From NCBI GenBank assembly GCA_964016885.1, contig OZ024740.1, positions 325,066,001-325,130,000 on the forward strand: DNA of 64,000 bases, read 5' to 3'. Positions 55,057-64,000 of this stretch are shown piece after piece; position 1 is the stretch's first letter, and each line of letters starts with the position of its first letter. Position numbers and translations under genes: made by a program. The notes beneath the pieces are model-generated. The model worked only from the letters and a program-made list of their open reading frames with translations. It was not told the DNA's origin and did no database searches. This DNA comes from Eledone cirrhosa. Taxonomy: Eukaryota.

Positions 55057-55692
55057 GAGAGAGAGAGAGAGAGCAAAAGTAACGAAGGTCGCTGGTATAC
55101 ACACACATATATTTATATCTGTGTGTGTTTACGTGTGTGTGTGTGTGATAAGACTGGGGCCCCTATCACCCTATCATTAAATCACCTAAGAATCCTGCTA
55201 TGCGATTCAACTTTGTATGAGACCAGTTAAACCTGCATCCATGTGACTTGTAACAACGGAACAACTACAAATATCTAGCCTTGTGCCTACAGATAAATAG
55301 GAACAGGAAATGAATACAAAAAAGGACAAGGCAACAATTGATAGGACACTTATCAATTATCAGGGGACAACTTTCACTTTAGGTACGTAATTCAAATGTA
55401 GTGAGTAATCATTCAAATTGAACGTTAGATGACAAACACATCTGTAAAGGAGGGAGGGTACTGCTCTAATAGAATGAAACTTCTCAATAAATGCACGGTT
55501 GATTGAACAGTCAGAGAGGCATATAAAATACAAGAGAATGTTAACTGGTTGCACAGTTCACTGATTTCATTGGTAGATAGTTCAATGGTTGACCGAGTCC
55601 TCGATGTATGGATGTTTAACATTAGTACTACAGGTTGTATTTTTATGTATATATTAATATATACATATATATATAGGCATGCATATATATAC

Positions 55693-55725
<33 letters not shown>

Positions 55726-55809
55726 ATTGTGTGTGTGTGTCTGTGTGTGTGTGTGTGTCTTTGTGTGTGTGTGTGTGTGTGTGTCTTTGCATGCATATAT
55801 GTATGAATA

Positions 55810-55889
55810 CAGGGTGTCCCCAAAAAATGTATACACACTTCAGCAGCATTCTAATCTTAGAGTGTATACATATTTTTTGGCACACCCCG
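55810..55889. mobile_element. 80-bp Tc1/mariner-type MITE
   Basis: TA|CAGGGTGTCCCCAAAAAATGTATACAC ... GTGTATACATATTTTTTGGCACACCCCG|TA. Confidence 0.8.
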
Positions 55890-56425
55890 TATATAGTGGT
55901 TATCATGTTTGTTTTACACGCAGAAGGCTGTGAGTTCGGTTCTCGCTGGAAACCTATATATATATATATATCAAAAAATGGGGAGAAGAATACTGCATAG
56001 TTGCACATGGATAACATGTTATAAAATGAGTCCCTCATCAGTGATTTACCAACGGTCATAGGTATTTCATTGCATTAAAAATCATATACCTCACATTGGC
56101 GCAATAATAACTAAAATAAGTTATTAGGACAATTAAAACGCGTAAAGGGAGTGAGACAAGTAAACAACATAGAGGAAAGCTAACCGAAGATAGGAAAAGA
56201 CACAAGCTGCATAGTTATTCTATCAGTATAAGCTGGGTGAATATATGAGCGAGTAGAAATAGACCTTTCGAGATGAATCCGATGTAAGAAAGAAGGAATC
56301 GTTAACGTCGCGAACGGGGGGAAGTGAGAAGGGGAGAAACAGTGAGTGAGTGAGTGGAAGTGTGAGGAAATATATATATATATATATATTTCGTTTCTGA
56401 ATTGCAACAGACCTTCCCAAAGTAT

Positions 56426-56481
<56 letters not shown>

Positions 56482-56623
56482 GCGGCGTCAAACGGTTTCA
56501 GCTTGTATGTTCAGCAAGCGTTCGAAGGTCGGGATTTTATCTATCTCTATACCAACTCCGCATTTCATTTCCCATGCATTAAGTACTTCCATGATTAGTG
56601 GTCTCCTCGGATTCAGCAGCGCA

Positions 56624-56720
<97 letters not shown>

Positions 56721-56740
56721 CATATATATATATATGTACA

Positions 56741-56822
<82 letters not shown>

Positions 56823-56830
<8 letters not shown>

Positions 56831-57282
56831 CTCAAATATTTAAAATTTGGCCTCGTTTATTAAAGATGTACTGCTATATGTATATTTTGGTGGCAGCCAT
56901 CCTTGGGTGTGACCTCTTCAGGCAGTCCGAATTGGTGTCGTAAAGACAGGTACACATAATATAATATGATTCCAGTTCCTCAGAGAAATAACAACCCAAC
57001 CAGGAGCTGGGCATATCGGAGTATTGACGGAGTAAAACACTTCAACAACATGTGTACCTGTCTCTACCACACCAATTCGGACTGCCTGAAGAGGTCACAG
57101 CCAAAGATGGCTGTCACCGAAATATATATAGCAGTACATCTTTAATAAACGAAGCCAAATTTTAAATATTTGACTTAATTATTTTAGTTTAGATTACTCC
57201 GGAGTAACCAAACCAACCTGCGTACTTCGTCGAGTGCTCCAATCTGCATACTGAGGTGTCGGTAAACAACCAACATATACTC

Positions 57283-57289
<7 letters not shown>
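56823..57289. mobile_element. Asymmetric fold-back element in (TA)n carrying a hammerhead
   Basis: Arms ~56823-56958 and 57051-57185, ~92-nt spacer, ~100-nt right extension, long (TA)n on both sides. Confidence 0.85.
57081..57135 (+). ncRNA. Type I hammerhead ribozyme (decayed mirror copy at ~56870-56926, minus strand)
   Basis: ACTGC-CTGAAGA-GGTCACAGCC AAAGAT GGCTGTCACC-GAAA-TATATA-TA-GCAGT. Perfect stem I, 9/10-bp stem II, full core. Confidence 0.9.
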
Positions 57290-57353
<64 letters not shown>

Positions 57354-57624
57354 AAATATAAAACAATCAAATTTTAGTTTAATACATTTAATTGCTGGCA
57401 ATCGTCCAGAGAAATGTCTGGAATCATCGGAGCATACACAATGTTTAAACAAGTAATTATAATCCTAGTCCTCAGAACTTTGATAAAGATACAATACTAT
57501 TGACAGTGGCAGTGACATCATATTGAAAAGCAGGCTCTGTAATATATCTGATAATTTACATTGAGCCTTTTCTCTTACTGGTAATTGGCTAGTGCTTAGT
57601 ACTACTCTTTCATATTTCTAATTG

Positions 57625-57990
57625 TATATAACACATATATAAGTATAAATATTTTTATTATTACTATGTGTGTATGTATGTATGTATGTTTGTATATATA
57701 TATTTATGTATATATATATATATAAATATGTATATGAAAAATTCAGGAACCCTGACGGCCGAGTTCCAGCCGTTTCAACAGCTAGATCCGAACTCTTCGG
57801 TTCTAGCTGTTGAAACGGTCGGAGCTCAGCCGTCAGGGTCCCGAATTTTTCATATACATATTTATATATATATATACATAAATATATATATACAAACATA
57901 CATACATACATACATACATACATACATACATACATACATACATACATACATACATAGTAATAATAATAATATTTATACTTATATATGTGT

Positions 57991-57996
<6 letters not shown>
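57625..57996. repeat. Fold-back palindrome centred on the 3' half of a hammerhead-like motif
   Basis: Arms 57625-57792 and 57796-57996 with loop CTC. The right arm has GAAA-CGGTC GGAGCTC AGCCG-TC-AGGG; related to 8659-8743 and 51052-51110. Confidence 0.8.
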
Positions 57997-58032
<36 letters not shown>

Positions 58033-58051
58033 CATATATATATATACATAA

Positions 58052-58105
<54 letters not shown>

Positions 58106-58496
58106 ATGTGTGCGTGTGTAAATAATAATTTTAGTAATGATATTATTGTTAGTAGTAGTGGTGATGGTGTTGGTGGTGGTGGTGGTGGTGTTGGTGGTGG
58201 TGTTGGTGGTGGTGATAGTGTGTTATCTATAATAGGTGTCTTAAGAAGAAGGATAACTCAATACATAAGTAGGGTATCTGTTTTTATTTTACTAAGAAAA
58301 TTGAAGGTACACCTCGACATAATGACTCACTAGAAGTTTCATCTCTCAATGGGGTAATACGATTTAATCCTTTCAATGAACACGGGAGACACATCAGGAT
58401 ATATTTCAGTTTTATTAGACATTATTAGCGAAGCAGAGATTTTCCAGTTTGTGTGTTAAGTATCTAATTTTACATACCTAATCATGTACAGCAGAA

Positions 58497-58872
58497 GGTG
58501 GTGGATTGGCAGTATCGATAGAGGGTCGGACGCCATGCTTTCCAGCATAGTTACGTCCCTTTACGATCTGAGTTCAAATCCCGCCGAGGTTGACTTTGCC
58601 TTTCATCCTTACGGGGTCGATAAAATAAAGTACCAGTAATGCACTGGGTAATTGCTGGCCTTGTGCCTAAAGTAGAAACAATTATTATTGGCAGTATCGG
58701 TAGAGGGTCGGTCGCCATGCTTTGCAGCAAAGAGTTACGGCCCTTTATGATCTGAGTTCAAATCCCGCCGAGGTTAACTTTGCCTTTCATCCTTACGGCG
58801 TCGATAAAATATAGAACCAGTAATACACTGGAATAATTGCTGGCCTTGTGCCAAAAGTAGAAAAAATTATTA
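58497..58872 (+). mobile_element. Two tandem, well-preserved tRNA-derived SINEs
   Basis: TGGCAGTATCG A-box, GAGTTCAAATCC B-box and GGCCTTGTGCC(T/A)AAAGTAGAAA(C/A)AATTATT tail, each present twice. Confidence 0.9.
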
Positions 58873-59731
58873 GATCAATGAGAACGAGGTGAGAAGGTAT
58901 AAAACCAATGTGTCTGGAATCTTCTATATATGTCGAAATAATTGATCAACATTAATTTCATCATTGTACTAATGACAGGGTTTCCTCTGGAGTGCTGGAC
59001 AGCAAAAGGTCTTCAGAGAAGTAACCCCTTCAAGCTGTTTCAGATGTTAAAAGCCGAAACACTTGTCTGAATGGGGTTCCTTCTCTAAACAATTCCTGCT
59101 GTCCAGCTCTCCCGAGAGTCTCTTTCTACTATTTATTTACGTAACAGATACTCTCTACATAGTATTGCTGGAACATAGTATTCTGACAACGAGAGATTTT
59201 AACTATTCAAACAATGGAACGTTCTGATCTGAAAATTAACGGGCAAAGGGATGTGCATTCCACAGGCACGTACACCCTTAACTTAGTTCTCAGGGAGATT
59301 CAATGTGACACAATATGAAACAAGGTGATCCGTAGAATTATATATACATCTCATTTTATCCAGCTGAATGGACCGAGCAGCGAAAAGCCAAGCGTTTTGC
59401 TTAAGGATACAACGCGTCGCCATGAATCGAACTCATGTGGTTACATCTATTACAATGCGACTTGACAGGCACACGACATCAATTATTTTACCACTAACTT
59501 AACTATTGTACGTTGATGCAGATCGCGTCACTTAGAAACTAACCTCAGTGATTTACTTTAATACACTTAATAAACCCTATATGTATATATATGTCATGTT
59601 ATTGCCCTCCTCCCCCGCTGCTATAACTAGTGTCATTAAATTCTTAGACTAATCTACCCGTGTCATGTGACTATATACCACTGACTTGTCTTAATTCTAC
59701 AACTCACACTCACTATCTCTCTTTTTCTCAT

Positions 59732-59766
<35 letters not shown>

Positions 59767-59793
59767 TACACACATATGCATATATATATATAA

Positions 59794-59902
<109 letters not shown>

Positions 59903-59913
59903 TAGATAGATAT

Positions 59914-59980
<67 letters not shown>

Positions 59981-60439
59981 TGTATGTATATACATCCTGC
60001 AGGACTAAAAACAAAACCTGTCAAAGGGTAAAGGAGCTCTTAAGAATCAATGGCCATCCAAAATCACTGGGAGAGATGACGCCTTAGCCTTTGTCAAGGC
60101 AGAATTCTAGGAGAAGGAAAACTCTTATATAAAACCTGCAACCCTGATGGTATCCAATGATGTTGACTTGTTCTTCTTTTTGGTAAATATCATCTTGGTT
60201 AAGAGAGTGGGACTGGCTTTGTGCAGTGCCTTTGCTCACTATAAAAGCTTCACGGCACAGGCATTGCTTTATATCTGGAGATCTCTCTGCACTTGTCGTC
60301 ACATGGTACCATGGGCCCAGCACTATGTGTCAATAATTGTCGCAAGTGTAGTGTTTGTACCAGAGTTTTCAAGTCGCTGGCTGGACTAAAAAGTCACACT
60401 CGTTCAGCGCATCGGTATATATATATATATATATATATA

Positions 60440-60622
60440 CGTTATTCCGGGTTGAATCGGAGGTAACCACAGTAAGTAAGGTACTCAATACATAGCAGAG
60501 TATAACAGATTTAATATAGATGAGATTCTACAGGACTAGAACTGTTTCATTCATTAGAAATCATCTGATGATTTCTAATGAATGAAACAGTTCTAGTCCT
60601 GTAGAATCTCATCTATATTAAA

Positions 60623-60625
<3 letters not shown>
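60440..60625. mobile_element. Perfect 59-bp-arm palindrome with extension in (TA)n, centred on a hammerhead core
   Basis: Arms 60507-60565 and 60567-60625. CTGATGA-TTTCTAATGAAT-GAAA-CAGTTCTAG-TC begins at 60565; 67-nt left extension. Confidence 0.85.
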
Positions 60626-60649
<24 letters not shown>

Positions 60650-60658
<9 letters not shown>

Positions 60659-61072
60659 TAAAAGGAAAAGAAAATGCTGACAAATTGTTCCCAGTGAAAA
60701 ATAGTTTAATTAGGAATAAGTAAAAATTAGTAATAAGTATTGGTTAGTATTCAGTTTTGGTTTTAAGTTTTTACCGGTTGCGCATTTCTAATGCTTTTCA
60801 AAAATAATTTTGAGATAGAGCGCCCGTGATGTTTGCTGTAATCTGATTAGAGCAAACATCACGGGCGCTCTATCTCAAAATTATTTTTGAAAAGCATTAG
60901 AAATGCGCAACCGGTAAAAACTTAAAACCAAAACTGAATACTAACCAATACTTATTACTAATTTTTACTTATTCCTAATTAAACTATTTTTCACTGGGAA
61001 TAATTTGTCAGCATTTTCTTTTCCTTTTACCAATATATCACAACTCGTGTATTACATCTCTATTCTTTTAAA
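60650..61072. mobile_element. Near-perfect ~195-bp-arm palindrome with extension in (TA)n
   Basis: Centre at 60844, arms 60650-60843 and 60845-61038, ~34-nt right extension, variant hammerhead-like motif at 60887-60916. Confidence 0.82.
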
Positions 61073-61134
61073 TATATATATATATACATGCACATACACA
61101 CACACACACATATACAGTATATATATATATATAT

Positions 61135-61710
<576 letters not shown>

Positions 61711-61858
61711 ATATGTGTGTATATAAACATATGTATGCATGCAGATTTCCACTTAGTAACTGGCAATGCGTATGTGCTAAGTAATTCTCAGGAATGTAGC
61801 AAAACGTGATAGTTACAAAATGTTATATTATGATTACATAAACACTAGCTAACATTAT

Positions 61859-61951
<93 letters not shown>

Positions 61952-62473
61952 TTATAATATATATATTTATATATATATTAATACGCATTTATGTGGTTTT
62001 TATGTTTGCATAATAAATTGTATTAGTTTCAAAGTTTATTAAATAAACATATTTCTATTCTTACAGCATATGGTAAATACGTATATACACAAACACCCAT
62101 ATGCAGACACACATATACACATACTTACACATGTATATACATTCATGCATGTGTATATATATACATATATGTGTGTGTTTATATATCTGTGTATGTATGT
62201 ATGTATGTATGTATGTATGTATGTATGTATGTATGTATGTATGTATGAGTGTATGTATGCACGTACGTATATGCATGTATGTATACGTATGTATATATAT
62301 ATATATATATTCCCTAGGGAGCAGAGTGTAAAATTCATTGAAAATTGTGTACCTAATATCTTAAGGTTTTATAATCAATAAAATTTTATTATAAAGTATG
62401 TAGATTATACAACACCACTGGAAACTACATTGGGTGCATACACTCAACCGTATGTGTGGGTGTGTGTATGTGT

Positions 62474-62592
<119 letters not shown>

Positions 62593-63044
62593 TGCGTGTG
62601 TGTGTGTGCATGTGTGTATATATGTGTGTGTATATACTAAATGCAAATTACATATGTAGACTTGAATCAGATTTCGTAAATTCTTGTTGCCGTCTACACC
62701 CAGATCAGCCTCGGTGAAGCAGACCTAGATAGCTCTTTTGATACCAACACGGCTGAAACCGCCTCAGTCTCTATGAAAGAACACCCGCCATATGACGAGG
62801 TTCCTATTTCGATATAAATCTTCCAGCATCATTTTATACAGTAACCTTTTGTTAAGGTGTTACATATATCATCTTGGTAATGAAATTATTTATAATTTCA
62901 GTAGTTCCCTTAAAGTTCTTCATTAGTTAATTTTAATACTTTGTAATTCATTATAAGTAAGGTAACGAGCGTTAAGGTGTTTTAGATGAGACAACTTCGT
63001 CTTTTATATGAAGGACTTCGTAACACATCACATCGTTCCTTTTT

Positions 63045-63543
63045 CGGCTTATGGCGGCTGTAAAAGTCTAACTCGTTATCTTCAATTCGGTATTCATGCC
63101 AACTCTTACCTATGATCAGAAATCTTGGGTAATGACCGAAAGAATACGATCGCAAATACAAGCGGCTGAAATGGAGTTCCTCTGAAGAGTTTTTCGAATA
63201 ACGTTATTCGAAAAACAATCAGAAAGACACTCGTGGTAGAGCCACAACCTCTCCGAATTGAAAGACCACAGCTCCGATACTATGGGCATGTGGTTAGAAT
63301 GTCTCAGGAAAGAATCGCTGGATAGATTTTACGAGGAAAACTAACCGGCAGAAGACCCAGGGGTAGACCCCGAGCAAGTTGGTTGGATAACATCCATGAG
63401 CTTGGCTGCTCTCACTTGGGGATCCAGCAAGATCAGATAGAGACGTTTGCTTCTGATAGGGCCCACTGGAAGGAGGGTTTGAGGACTCTGCCCTCTCACG
63501 ACCCTCTCAAGAAGAAGAAGAAGAAGAAGAAGAAGAAGAAGAA
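63045..63543 (+). mobile_element. 3' fragment of an RTE-clade LINE with a (GAA)n tail
   Basis: Translates to IFNSVFMPTLTY..SWVMTERIRSQIQAAEMEFL, QLRYYGHVVRMSQER and GRRPRGRPR, followed by (AAG)n. Confidence 0.8.
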
Positions 63544-64000
63544 GGCTGTTCCTTTGAGCGAACCTCACATCTAAACCAGCCAGCTCTGACATTCCTAAAA
63601 AGCAATGGGTACCCCTTGATCGGATCCCCGCAGCTCGTGCCGGTACGGCCCATCATCTCCATCAAGGAAAAATCAAATATGGCCCAGCGCATGACTGTGG
63701 GTGACGTGATTTGACAGTACTGCATGTTGTTCGGAATTACCCCCTACGACGTTTTCCTGGTGGCGTGGAATCTCTCCATATTGCTGCAGATGATACCTTC
63801 ATCTGACTCGCCCGTCCCGGCAAACCTATCTAGCTACTGTGTATATGCCATATTACAAGAAGAAGAACTAATCTTGAAAAACCGACGCATGTACATTCCA
63901 TTGTAAAAAGGTGTGTGCAGTGGTTACTATAGTGGTTAGATAGTGGGTTCTCCGTCGGTATCGACGATGATCATTCAATAGACCACCCAATTTTTGATTC

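Noticed and set aside
58497-58600. tRNA gene calls for A-box/B-box sequences
   Set aside because: The heads continue into a shared non-tRNA body and tail, are multi-copy and have TSDs, so they are SINEs.

Overview
AT-rich, microsatellite-saturated eukaryotic DNA with no recognisable host exon. A cephalopod such as Octopus is likely, inferred only from the SINE types and repeat landscape. Nearly all short ORFs in the track are microsatellite artefacts. All real coding sequence is non-LTR retrotransposon: RTE fragments, two Tx1/L1-group elements, and four R4/Dong-clade RT-REL elements (one with an intact 1216-aa ORF). Five of these sit in an ~18.5-kb pile-up on (TAA)n tracts. There are also many tRNA-derived SINEs and a few Tc1/mariner MITEs. 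The main unexpected signal is a set of sequence-unrelated, non-coding 150-820 bp inserts inside (TA)n tracts that carry type I hammerhead ribozymes with palindromic stem III. Eight complete or near-complete motifs and several partial or decayed ones were folded by eye. They occur as a 310-bp head-to-tail retrozyme-like array, as solo units, and as asymmetric fold-back palindromes whose inversion point often maps onto the ribozyme. This is most consistent with non-autonomous Penelope-like or retrozyme elements targeting (TA)n. Also noted: a SINE family shares its 3' end with the Tx1 element, and two Dong copies share a TAA-ATG stop/start. No database searches or folding programs were run; coordinates of degenerate repeats are approximate.
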